A stretch of 64,000 nucleotides of DNA. Source: a candidate division FCPU426 bacterium (GTDB taxonomy: Bacteria; Oederibacteriota; Muellerivitia; Muellerivitales; Muellerivitaceae). Below are positions 50,949 to 60,285 of this stretch, in pieces. Every line of letters begins with the position of its first letter. Position 1 is the stretch's first letter. The notes below the pieces were generated by a model. It did no database searches and was not told where the DNA came from. It saw only the letters and a list, made by a program, of their open reading frames with translations. The DNA lies in contig CAWKAR010000003.1 of NCBI GenBank assembly GCA_963847625.1, positions 1 through 64,000 of the forward strand, written 5' to 3'. The position numbers were made by a program, and so were the translations under genes.

Positions 50949-52388
50949 ATGAACCAAAAAATTCTGGTTTTATACCACTACTACCACCCCGATGACATGG
51001 CGGGCGCTGTCATCTTCACGGACTTTTGCGAGGGGCTGGCCAAAAAAGGCCGGTTCCCCGGCGGAACCGGCACACCCAAAGCACGTGCCTCGTCTGGTGG
51101 ACTCGGCACAGGGGATTGGGAAGTGGAAGTTTGGCCCTCGAACCGGGCTTGCCACCATCCGGCAAGCTATCCGCTGAAACCGGAGATAAAGAACGGTGTT
51201 CTCATCCGCCGCGTCTGGCGGCCGTCCTTGCCCCAAAACCTCTTTTTTGTCCGTGTCCTCAATTCCCTTCTCATGCTCAAACTTTGGTGGCTGAGGCTGG
51301 CCTTCACCCCTTCCATGAAGCCGGACATCATCCTGATCGGCTCCGACCCCTTTTTATCCATCATGCTGGTCCCCTTTTTGAAATTCCTGCGGCCCAAGGC
51401 CAAGATCGTCCACTGGTGCTTCGTCCTCTTCCCCGAGGCGGCGGAGGCGGACAGGTTGATCGGAAAATTAAGCCCTTTCTTCAGTGCGCTCATGCCGCTC
51501 GTCAAACGGGGGTATTCCAAGTGCGACCTGGCCGCGGGCATGTGCCCATCCATGAAAGAACGCCTGGAACAATACCCCGTCAAGAAAACCGCCGCTTTCA
51601 CGCCTTGGGCCCTGGTGGAGCCGGCCCACAGCCTGCCTTACGACATGAAAGAGCGGATCGACCTGTTCGGCAATTGCCACCTGGGCCTGCTTTATTCCGG
51701 CAGTTTCGGCCGGCCCCATGACTTCTACCTCACCCTGAAACTGGCCCGCCTGATGGTAAGCCAATCGGGCTCCACCAGCAAACCGACCGCTGTTTTCACC
51801 TATGGGGTCCAGGAAAGCCATTCGTACGCGATAAAACTGGCGGTCAACCCGGAAGACACCAATATCCGTTTGGCCGGTTTCGCGCCCAAGGATAAACTTG
51901 CCGCCCGCCTTTCCGCCGCCGATATCCACCTGGTTTCCCTCCGCTCCGAATGGAACGGCATGATGGCGCCCGCCAAGTTCTTCGGCGCCCTGGCGGTGGG
52001 CCGGCCCATCCTGTTCGAAGGTTCGGCGGGCCGGGCCTCTCAATCTAATGGGCCCGGCACACCCAAGACTCGCGTCTCGATACCAAACCAATTTAACAAA
52101 GGGTTTGGCACAATCAAACCTAGTGCCTCGCCTGGTAGGCTCGGCACAGATGCTGGTGGCTTCGACGCAGGGGATTCCTGCATCGCCAAGTGGATCGAGG
52201 AATACCAGGTGGGCTGGGTTTTGCGGTACGACAACCTGGACGAGATTGCCGAAACGTTGAGGAAGTTTTCCAGGGATCACGCGAAAAAAGCCGACATGTT
52301 CAGGCACTGCCATAAAATCTACAAGGATCATTTCTCAAAGAGAATCATCATCGAACAGTGGGATAAAGAGCTTCGATCGCTTTTTTAA
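50949..52388 (+). CDS. Glycosyltransferase family 4 with two in-frame family B inserts
   Basis: Paralog of 18633; extra 22 aa (about 51048-51113) and 48 aa (about 52030-52173). Confidence 0.85.
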   Translation: MNQKILVLYHYYHPDDMAGAVIFTDFCEGLAKKGRFPGGTGTPKARASSGGLGTGDWEVEVWPSNRACHHPASYPLKPEIKNGVLIRRVWRPSLPQNLFFVRVLNSLLMLKLWWLRLAFTPSMKPDIILIGSDPFLSIMLVPFLKFLRPKAKIVHWCFVLFPEAAEADRLIGKLSPFFSALMPLVKRGYSKCDLAAGMCPSMKERLEQYPVKKTAAFTPWALVEPAHSLPYDMKERIDLFGNCHLGLLYSGSFGRPHDFYLTLKLARLMVSQSGSTSKPTAVFTYGVQESHSYAIKLAVNPEDTNIRLAGFAPKDKLAARLSAADIHLVSLRSEWNGMMAPAKFFGALAVGRPILFEGSAGRASQSNGPGTPKTRVSIPNQFNKGFGTIKPSASPGRLGTDAGGFDAGDSCIAKWIEEYQVGWVLRYDNLDEIAETLRKFSRDHAKKADMFRHCHKIYKDHFSKRIIIEQWDKELRSLF

Positions 52389-52617
52389 TTTAGAAACCCT
52401 AATAAAAATCAAACCACAGAGTTAACGGAGTTATACGGAGTTAAAAAAATCTAAAAAGTCGTTTAAAATCAATATGCTTTACTCTGTTCCATCAGTGTAA
52501 CTCTGTGTTAAATGCCTTTTTGTTAGAGCCTCTTAAAAATGGAGAATTAAAAATTGCCGTTAAATCAACTACCGTTATAATCAGGCCTGTATTTCAACAT
52601 CCCCAGGGGGAACCACT

Positions 52618-53655
52618 ATGGCTTCACATCCGAAAAACCGCAAAAAATCCGGGCGCACCGCCTTCGTGACCGGCATCACGGGCCAGGACGGGTCCTGGCT
52701 TGCGGATTTGCTGTTGGAAAAGGGCTACAAAGTTTACGGCCTGATCCGGCGCTCCTCTTCCTTCAACACCGACCGCATCAGCCACATCTACCACAACCCC
52801 CAGGTCAACAACCGGAAATTTTTCCTGCGTTACGGGGACCTGTCCGATTCCTCGGGACTCGCGAAGCTCCTCCACCAGATCCAACCGGACGAGATCTACC
52901 ACCTCGGCTCCATGAGCCACGTGCGCGTCTCCTTCGACCTGCCCGAATACACAGGGGAAGTCACGGGGGTCGCCACCATGAAGCTGTTGGAAGCCATGCG
53001 GGTCGTCTGCCCGAAATCCCGCTTTTACAACGCCGCCAGCTCGGAACTGTTCGGCGGCCTGAACTGCCCCCCCAAGGGCTACAACGAAAAGAGCCCCTTT
53101 TACCCCCGGAGCCCCTATGCGGTCTCGAAGCTTTACTCCTACTGGTCCTCGAAAAACTACCGGGAGGCCTACGGCCTGCATATTTCCAACGGCATCCTCT
53201 TCAACCACGAGAGCGAGCGCCGGGGGGAAACCTTCGTCACCCGCAAAATCACAACCGCCGTGGGCCGGATCAAGGTGGGGCTCCAGAATTTCCTTTTCCT
53301 TGGCAACCTGGACGCGAAACGGGACTGGGGCGACGCCAAGGAATACGTGCGGGCCATGTGGATGATGCTCCAGCAGAAAAAACCGGACGATTACGTCATT
53401 GCCACGGGCGAGACCCATTCGGTCAAGGAATTCCTGGAGGAAGCCTTCAGTTACGCCGGCCTTGATTGGAAACAATACGTGAAGTTCGACCCCCGCTACC
53501 TGCGGCCCACCGAGGTGGATTACCTCAAGGGCGACGCTTCCAAGGCCTACCGGGTTTTCGGCTGGAAAAACAAGACCACGTTCAAGCAGTTGGTGCACCG
53601 GATGGTGGACCACGATATGAATAATATCGACCTCGGTAGTAAAGGGGACGCTTAA
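52618..53655 (+). CDS. gmd: GDP-mannose 4,6-dehydratase
   Basis: [57 protein letters not shown]. Confidence 0.97.
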   Translation: MASHPKNRKKSGRTAFVTGITGQDGSWLADLLLEKGYKVYGLIRRSSSFNTDRISHIYHNPQVNNRKFFLRYGDLSDSSGLAKLLHQIQPDEIYHLGSMSHVRVSFDLPEYTGEVTGVATMKLLEAMRVVCPKSRFYNAASSELFGGLNCPPKGYNEKSPFYPRSPYAVSKLYSYWSSKNYREAYGLHISNGILFNHESERRGETFVTRKITTAVGRIKVGLQNFLFLGNLDAKRDWGDAKEYVRAMWMMLQQKKPDDYVIATGETHSVKEFLEEAFSYAGLDWKQYVKFDPRYLRPTEVDYLKGDASKAYRVFGWKNKTTFKQLVHRMVDHDMNNIDLGSKGDA

Positions 53656-53720
53656 CAGCAAAACAAGTTTGGAGTGATGAGTTAGGAATTAACGACAGAA
53701 CAATAGAAAATAGATACATA

Positions 53721-53789
53721 ACGGACGCCGGCCGCAACCTGACCCGCGCGAAGAACGCGGAGGATATGTTCCGTGAATTGGGTGTTTAA
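53721..53789 (+). pseudogene. C-terminal remnant of a RelB/DinJ antitoxin
   Basis: TDAGRNLTRAKNAEDMFRELGV* overlapping the yafQ start; no 5' part. Confidence 0.6.
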
Positions 53790-54058
53790 TGCTCCATCCC
53801 GCGTTCACGAGCCAATTCCGCCGCGACCTAAAATTGGTGATCCGGCGGGGTAAATCCCCGGATAAATTCAAGGAAATAGCCGGTCTCCTAATCGAGGAAC
53901 GTCCCTTGGAAACCCGCCACCGCAATCACAAACTCTCAGGCCATTTTCAAGACCGCCGGGAGCGCCATATCGAGCCGAATTGGCTTTTGATCTATAAGCT
54001 ATCCGGAAATGAAATTATTTTCGAGCGTACCGGCTCCCATTCCGATCTGTTCGAATAA
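53789..54058 (+). CDS. yafQ: YafQ family toxin
   Basis: TSQFRRDLK..RNHKLSG..RHIEPNWLLIY..RTGSHSDLF. Confidence 0.9.
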   Translation: MLHPAFTSQFRRDLKLVIRRGKSPDKFKEIAGLLIEERPLETRHRNHKLSGHFQDRRERHIEPNWLLIYKLSGNEIIFERTGSHSDLFE

Positions 54059-54150
54059 ACCCCGCGCGCAAAGAGAATAAAAAATACAACTTAAAGTAGT
54101 CCCCGCTCGATATAATCCTTAATCACAAATCATAAAAAAGGACAAAACCC

Positions 54151-55095
54151 ATGGACAAGAAATCGAAAATCTACGTGGCCGGGCACAAGGGCCTCGTCGG
54201 AAGCGCCCTGGTGCGCTGTTTGGAAGCCCATGGGTATGACAACCTGGTTGTCCGCACCCACGCCGAGCTCGACCTGGTCCGCCAGGCCGCTGTGGACGCC
54301 TTCTTCCAGAAGGAAAACCCGGACGTCGTGTTCCTGGCCGCCGCCCGGGTGGGCGGGATCCTCGCCAACGAAAGCTTCCAGGCCGAGTTCATCTACAACA
54401 ACCTGGTCATCCAGGCCAACGTGCTGGAGGCGGCCTACCGCGGCGGCGCCAAGGAACTCCTCTTCATGGGCAGTTCCTGCATCTACCCCAACGACAAGAA
54501 CGTGGCCATCAAGGAGACCGACTTCATGAACGGGCCCCTGGAAAAGACCAACGACGCCTATGCCATCGCCAAGATCGCCGGCATCAAGGCCTGCGACGCT
54601 TACCGGCGCCAGTACGGGGTGCGCTACATCGCCGTCATGCCGACCAACCTTTACGGCCCCAACGACAATTACGACCTCCAGGAAGCCCACGTGCTTCCGG
54701 CCCTGATGCGCAAGTTCCACGAGGCGAAGCTGAAGAACAGCCCCACCGTGACCATGTGGGGCACCGGCACCCCCAAGCGGGAGTTCCTTCACGTGGACGA
54801 CCTGGCGGACGCCTGCCTGCACATCCTGCTGAACTACAAGGGCACCGACATGCTCAACGTCGGGTGCGGCGAGGACCTGACCATCCGCGAGCTGGCCGAG
54901 AAGATCGCCAAGACGGTGGGTTACCAGGGCAAGATCGTGCTGGATTCGACCAAGAAGGACGGCACGATGCGCAAACTCCTGGACATCAGCCGCCTCAAGG
55001 CGCTGGGCTGGGCCCCCAAAGTTTCCCTGGACGAGGGCTTGAAGCTGACCTACGCGGCCATGCAGAAGGAATTCGCCGAAGGAAACTGGAAATAA
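54151..55095 (+). CDS. fcl: GDP-L-fucose synthase
   Basis: AGHKGLVGS, AARVGGI.AN, GSSCIYP, YAIAK, PTNLYGPND, WGTGTPKREFLHVDD. Confidence 0.97.
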   Translation: MDKKSKIYVAGHKGLVGSALVRCLEAHGYDNLVVRTHAELDLVRQAAVDAFFQKENPDVVFLAAARVGGILANESFQAEFIYNNLVIQANVLEAAYRGGAKELLFMGSSCIYPNDKNVAIKETDFMNGPLEKTNDAYAIAKIAGIKACDAYRRQYGVRYIAVMPTNLYGPNDNYDLQEAHVLPALMRKFHEAKLKNSPTVTMWGTGTPKREFLHVDDLADACLHILLNYKGTDMLNVGCGEDLTIRELAEKIAKTVGYQGKIVLDSTKKDGTMRKLLDISRLKALGWAPKVSLDEGLKLTYAAMQKEFAEGNWK

Positions 55096-55618
55096 AAACA
55101 GGTGAACTACTAACTGCCAATTGCGTACTACTTTCTTTTTTTCGGCCCCTTCAATCAAGCCTCCATCTAATCAATGGGGTTTTGTTTATAAATGAGAGGA
55201 CGCTTGCTCGCTCCACACATTCCCCTGTGGGTTTTTTTATATAGGTCTTTTATCTAGGTTCCATTTGCATCTCAGAGAGCTACAGGCTTACAGGGTTCCC
55301 CTTACGCTCATTTGAGTTTAATTTGGCGGGCCATTTGGTTTAGGTTTTCATGAAGGAGCCGTGGGTTTTAAAAGCACAACTGTTTAAAGTCTTTTTTCTT
55401 TACCCAATCTAAATGCATCCCCTGAATCCGTGGCTAAGCTGTAGTTTTCATTTTTTCGTCCCCATTCAATCAGCGCAGAGCGCTCGTATACCAATTTCTT
55501 TGAAATATTCAAAGTGATATTGGCACTACGTTACCCCGGCTTAAAATGTAAGGCATATTTATAAATTTTGGGATTTACTTACTTAACCCCCTTTTGCCGG
55601 AGGGTGTATTTGTCATTG

Positions 55619-55892
55619 TGCCGATTTTCATTAATGAAATAATATTCAATTGAAACCGGTACTATACCGACCTCTTTAATATCTTTATGAAAAGTCGGCA
55701 TGCGAGGAACGAACTTTGTCCCTGCCACACGCTGTGCCAATTCACCATAAAGCAGTTAATGAAATTGGAACCATACCGAACTTTCATTGAAAGCCTAATG
55801 GAGGTTCGGCATGTGCCGATTCTCATAATTAAAATAATAAAAGGAAATCGGTACGATACCAGCCCCAATATTATCTTTATAAAAGGCTGGCA
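55619..55892. mobile_element. Three family A elements (55619-55700; tandem 55735-55811 and 55814-55892)
   Basis: TG duplications; empty site CTGCCACACGCTGCGGTGCGTGGGG at 40762. Confidence 0.9.
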
Positions 55893-56000
55893 TGCGGTGC
55901 GTGGGGCCGGGGATTTTAAAAAAATTCCTAACTACTAACTTCTCATGCCTAATTTATTTTGCCGCCGGTAGGCGGCATCCGTGTTTGATATAATGCGCGC

Positions 56001-57713
56001 ATGAAAATCACCGAGCTTCCACGGCTGTGGCGCACCATGCGCCCCTTGAAAACCTCCCAGCTTTTCTGGCGCCTCCGCTACCACTGGGAAAAAAGAAGGC
56101 CCGCCCGCGTGGCGGCCTACCGCCCCCCCGCACCCCCGGTTTTAAGGGGCGAAAAAACTCCCTACCTGCCAACCCCCGGGCCGATGTCCCCCGCCTGGAT
56201 CGGGGAATTTTCCAAAGGGATCTGGCAACTCCTGAACCAGGTCAAAAGCCTGGGAACGCCGCCCCAATGGCTTTTGGGGGATTTGACCCAAGACCGCCTC
56301 TGGGCCGTCCATTTGCACACCCATCAGTGGGTTTACGGCCTGGCCGCTGCCAGCAAGACCCAACCGGCCGTCCCCGGCCTGTTGAGGCTCTGCCTGAGCA
56401 ACTGGCTCGCGGTCTGCGGCCTGGAAAAACCGGGCGCCAGGGCCACGGCCTGGAGCCCTTACGTGACCGCCACGCGCATCGGCTGGTGGGTGAGGGCCTA
56501 CCTGGAACTGGAAAAATCCTTTTGGGAGCCCGACCCCGAGCTGGAAAAAATCTTCCTGGAATCCCTTTGGACTCAGGCTTCCTACCTCCATTCGCACATC
56601 GAATGGGACCTGAGGGGAAACCACCTGATGCGGGACGCCGTGGGATTGGCCTGGGCCGGGTGGTTCTTCCAGGGGCCGGAGGCGGACCAATGGCGCGAAA
56701 CCGCGGCCAAGCTCGCCTTTTCCCAGGCCCAGGAGCAGGTCCTTCCCGACACCGGGCATTTCGAGCGCAGTCCCATGTACCACATCCAATTCATGGAGGA
56801 CCTGTGGGCGCTTTCCCGCCTCCTGAAAAATGAGGAGGACCAAAAATCACTGCGAAAGACTCTCAAAGCCATGACAGCATTCCTAGCCTGGGCGCGCTAT
56901 CCCGACGGAAGCATCCCTCTTCTCAACGACGGCGCCCTCAACGGGGCCATGCCCGCCCGGAACATGCTGGACCTGTTGGAGGTCAGCGCGGCTATTCCCA
57001 CCGGGGGCCTTTTATTCCCGAATTTCGGGTTGGCGGTCTGGCACGGGGACCCCTTCAGTGCCTTTTTCGACGTGGGCGAGGTGGGCCCGGACGTCCAACC
57101 CGGGCATGCCCACGCCGACACCCTTTCCATCGGATGTTCCTACAAGGGCCAGCGCTTGTTCGTGGACCCCGGCACCTTCGCTTACGACCCGGATGGCCGG
57201 CGGCGGTATGACCGCGCCACCTCATCCCACAACACTGTGGCTCTGGACGGGAAGGATTCCTCAGAGGTTTGGCACATCTTCCGGGTGGGCCGCAGAGCCA
57301 GGCCCACGGTGGTTTCCGACAAGTTCCCCAAGGATTTTTTCCAGGTTCTCGCGCGCCACGACGGCTACCGCTACCTCCGAGGCCGGCCCGTCCACGAGCG
57401 CCTGGTGCAAACGGCCAACGGCAAGGCCCTGGAGATCACCGATACCGTGGGCGGGAGGGGTTTCCATAAAATATCCGGCGGGTTCCTTCTCGCGCCCGGC
57501 TGGAACGCCGTGCAAAACCTCCAGGGCTGGTCCCTGGATTTCGGCCCCTTCCGCCTGTACATCCCGGTGACGGGGCCTACCGGCGTCCGGTTCGACGTGG
57601 AAAAAGCGCCGTTTCATCCCGCCTACGGCGTGGAAATAAACACCCAGCGCCTGGTTTGGTCCTGGGAAGGCAAACTTCCCTTCCGGATTTCCCTGAAAGT
57701 GGAAGAGGGGTAG
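56001..57713 (+). CDS. Heparinase II/III family protein
   Basis: EWDLRGNHL, GHFERSPMYH, PLLND, GHAHADTLS, VDPGT..Y..R.T..HNTV. Confidence 0.9.
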   Translation: MKITELPRLWRTMRPLKTSQLFWRLRYHWEKRRPARVAAYRPPAPPVLRGEKTPYLPTPGPMSPAWIGEFSKGIWQLLNQVKSLGTPPQWLLGDLTQDRLWAVHLHTHQWVYGLAAASKTQPAVPGLLRLCLSNWLAVCGLEKPGARATAWSPYVTATRIGWWVRAYLELEKSFWEPDPELEKIFLESLWTQASYLHSHIEWDLRGNHLMRDAVGLAWAGWFFQGPEADQWRETAAKLAFSQAQEQVLPDTGHFERSPMYHIQFMEDLWALSRLLKNEEDQKSLRKTLKAMTAFLAWARYPDGSIPLLNDGALNGAMPARNMLDLLEVSAAIPTGGLLFPNFGLAVWHGDPFSAFFDVGEVGPDVQPGHAHADTLSIGCSYKGQRLFVDPGTFAYDPDGRRRYDRATSSHNTVALDGKDSSEVWHIFRVGRRARPTVVSDKFPKDFFQVLARHDGYRYLRGRPVHERLVQTANGKALEITDTVGGRGFHKISGGFLLAPGWNAVQNLQGWSLDFGPFRLYIPVTGPTGVRFDVEKAPFHPAYGVEINTQRLVWSWEGKLPFRISLKVEEG

Positions 57714-57750
57714 CGCGGATCCACGAACGTCTTACTTTTTTTCGCCTGTT

Positions 57751-58080
57751 TTTTAAAACCCCCCGGCCCCACGCACCGCAGCGTGTGGCAGTGCCTTCAT
57801 GAAAGCCCAAACCAAAGAAGACAATTAACAATGAACAATGGATAATGGAAAATGAATGTTAAAAGCATTTTTTCGCAACTTATTAATGCGGTTAATTGTC
57901 AATTGTCCATTGTAAATTCTTCATTTTTTTGGTGGGGAATGTGTGGAGCGAGCCAGCGTCCTCTCGCTTGATAACAAATCCCCATTGCAAATATGCCTTA
58001 CGTTTTATGCCGGGGTAACGTAGGGGGTATTTCCACTACGAGCGCTCTGCGCTGATTGATGGGAGCGAAAAAAAGAAAGC
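57751..58080 (-). repeat. About 300-bp composite repeat, inverted copy of 59722-60025
   Basis: Reverse complement aligns along its length; partial copies near 22210, 43400, 45250, 55130 and 55450. Confidence 0.85.
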
Positions 58081-58229
58081 TGTTCGCAGTGTTGCAACTT
58101 CAGTTTATGGATGTTTTTCGATTTGTTCTTTTATGAAGGGACCGGGGTTTATAAAAAACTGGCAAAGGCGTTAAAACCCCGCATTTTCGCAGCCTTGACA
58201 ACTTGACCTCTTTAGGTCATCATTAGGTC

Positions 58230-58499
58230 ATGAAAAACACCGATAAAAATTCCGTGCGGTTGGCCGACTTCAAGGCCCACTTGAGCCGGTATATCCGCGG
58301 CGTCCGCCAGGGCCGCCCCTTGACCCTCCTTGACAGGCAAATGCCGGTGGCGCAGGTCGTCCCTTATTCCGAGAAGCCGGGGAAATTGGCGGTCCGCCCC
58401 GCCATCCGCAAGAGCGGCCAGGTCCGTTTCCCTGCGCCGCCCGGGAAACGGCTGGATGTGGTCCGCTTCGCCGCGGAGGAACGGCAGAGGTACCGTTGA
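58230..58499 (+). CDS. Phd/YefM antitoxin
   Basis: VRLADFKAHLSRYIRGVRQG..LDRQMPVAQVVP; TAGGTCAT repeats over the promoter. Confidence 0.88.
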   Translation: MKNTDKNSVRLADFKAHLSRYIRGVRQGRPLTLLDRQMPVAQVVPYSEKPGKLAVRPAIRKSGQVRFPAPPGKRLDVVRFAAEERQRYR

Positions 58500-58912
58500 A
58501 CGCATACTTGGAGACATCCGTCGTATTGAGGCTCCTCTTGGGGCAACCGGACGCCTTGAAAGAGTGGGCGGATTACGAAAACCGGGTCGGCAGTTCTCTG
58601 GTGGAAGTAGAATGCCTGCGGACCCTGGACCGCATGAGGCTCAATGGGTTAATCTCGGAGGAACAATCCCAGGAATACCGGGGCGCCCTGTACGAATTCC
58701 TGGAAACGCTGGAGTTGGTCGAGCCGTCCAGCCCCATCCTTCGCAGGGCGTCCGGGTCCTTTCCCACGGCCCTCGGCACCCTGGATGCCATCCACCTTTC
58801 CACGGCCCTGGCTTGGCAGGACGAGCGCCTGGCCCCGCTGACCGTGGCCACTCACGACAAGTCTTTCGGGAAAGCAGCCCGGGCTTTGGGATTCAAAACC
58901 GCCGGGTTTTAA
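58496..58912 (+). CDS. vapC: VapC/PIN toxin
   Basis: AYLETSVVL..VE..LGTLDAIHLSTA..THD. Confidence 0.88.
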   Translation: MNAYLETSVVLRLLLGQPDALKEWADYENRVGSSLVEVECLRTLDRMRLNGLISEEQSQEYRGALYEFLETLELVEPSSPILRRASGSFPTALGTLDAIHLSTALAWQDERLAPLTVATHDKSFGKAARALGFKTAGF

Positions 58913-58947
58913 TTTTGAATTATAGAAAGGCATGGTAAAACATACAC

Positions 58948-59568
58948 ATGTTCCAAAAACACAGTTCGCGCAATTCATACCCCAGGATTGATTTTCGCTT
59001 TCTCCGGAGGAAAATTTTCCTAATTCCCTTTTTCCTCCTGGCGGTTGCTTTTATCCTCCAGTCCGCCTATTTCCTCATCGTTTTCGCCAGCAAACCCAGC
59101 CCGGAAAACCCCGACCTGGTCGTGGTTTACAGCGGCGTTTTCAAGTCCACCCAGCACGGCCTGGAGCTGGCCCGCCAGTTCAAATGCCCCGCTTACTTCT
59201 CAGAAAGCATCCAAACCGTCCGTTCCCTCATCGATCCGATAGCCGACAAGAACCTGAACATCACCTGCGACCCCCGGGCCCATACCACGGACCAGAACGC
59301 CCGTTATACAGCGCCCTTTATCCGCAGGGGCGGATACCGGCGCGTGGCGCTGGTCACCGCCTGGTTCCACGAACCCCGGGCCCTGTTCCTCACCCGGCTG
59401 TCCCTGTTGTTTACGGGCGCCAAAGTGGCGCCTTATCCCAACGAACCCACCCCGAATTGGTTTTGGATGTCGCGCGATTTTTGGGTGGAGATCTTCAAGT
59501 TTTGGGGAAGCCTGTTCAGGGTGGGTTTGCACCTGGTGGGCATAGAGAACTGGCCGGTTCATTCTTAA
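58948..59568 (+). CDS. YdcF/DUF218-like protein
   Basis: Paralog of 16353; AHTTDQNA, LVTAWFHEPRA. Confidence 0.75.
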   Translation: MFQKHSSRNSYPRIDFRFLRRKIFLIPFFLLAVAFILQSAYFLIVFASKPSPENPDLVVVYSGVFKSTQHGLELARQFKCPAYFSESIQTVRSLIDPIADKNLNITCDPRAHTTDQNARYTAPFIRRGGYRRVALVTAWFHEPRALFLTRLSLLFTGAKVAPYPNEPTPNWFWMSRDFWVEIFKFWGSLFRVGLHLVGIENWPVHS

Positions 59569-59721
59569 AGACAGACCGTTAGAAGTTAGCCCCAACTGTT
59601 TTTTGACAGTTGGGACAACCAAGTCTCGCCATTCGCCTTGCAGGCTCATGGCAGGTGCAGTTAGAAGTTAAACCCAAATCGAAAACCATCCATAAATAGG
59701 GTTGCTTCCTCACCGCGTACT

Positions 59722-60025
59722 ACTTTCTTTTTTCCGTCCCCATCAATCAGCGCAGAGCGCTCGTAGTGGAAATACCCCCTACGTCACCCCAGCATAAAAC
59801 GTAAGGCATATTTGCAATGGGGATTTGTTAACAAATGAGAGAATGCTGGCTCGCTCCACACATTCCCCATCAAAAAAATGAAGAATTTACAATGAACAAT
59901 TGACAATTAACCGCATTAATAAGTTGCAAAAAATGCTTTTAACATTCATTTTCCATTATTCATTGTTCATTATTAATTGTCTTCTTTGGTTTAGGCTTTC
60001 ATGAAGGGGCCGGGGGTTTTAAAAC
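59722..60025 (+). repeat. About 300-bp composite repeat
   Basis: See 57751-58080. Confidence 0.85.
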
Positions 60026-60285
60026 TTCTAATTCCTGCTAACGTACACGTAGTCTTTCTTGGTGATACCAACCCTTCTTTCTACCGTGCTACTATTTCTC
60101 ATACCGTTCCTCCTTGAGAGCTTGACACTCCAGCCGAGGTAATTTACCCCGGCGGAGGAACGGTCTGCATGTTATCTAACTTCTAACTGCCTTTTCCTTT
60201 TTTTAATACCCTCGCCACCTTTGTTAAGTAAATTTTTTTTACTATGACCATAGCTTTTTTTTCCCTTTTGCCTTATTTAAATGGG

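Noticed and set aside
52624..55158. Long antisense ORFs opposite gmd and fcl (also opposite the MFS, rSAM and ATPases)
   Set aside because: Shadow ORFs from high GC3 codon bias of genuine genes.
6196..55892. Family A as tRNAs or intrinsic terminators
   Set aside because: About 75 nt but two long hairpins, no cloverleaf, TTC loop or CCA; no U-tract; present inside ORFs with target duplications.
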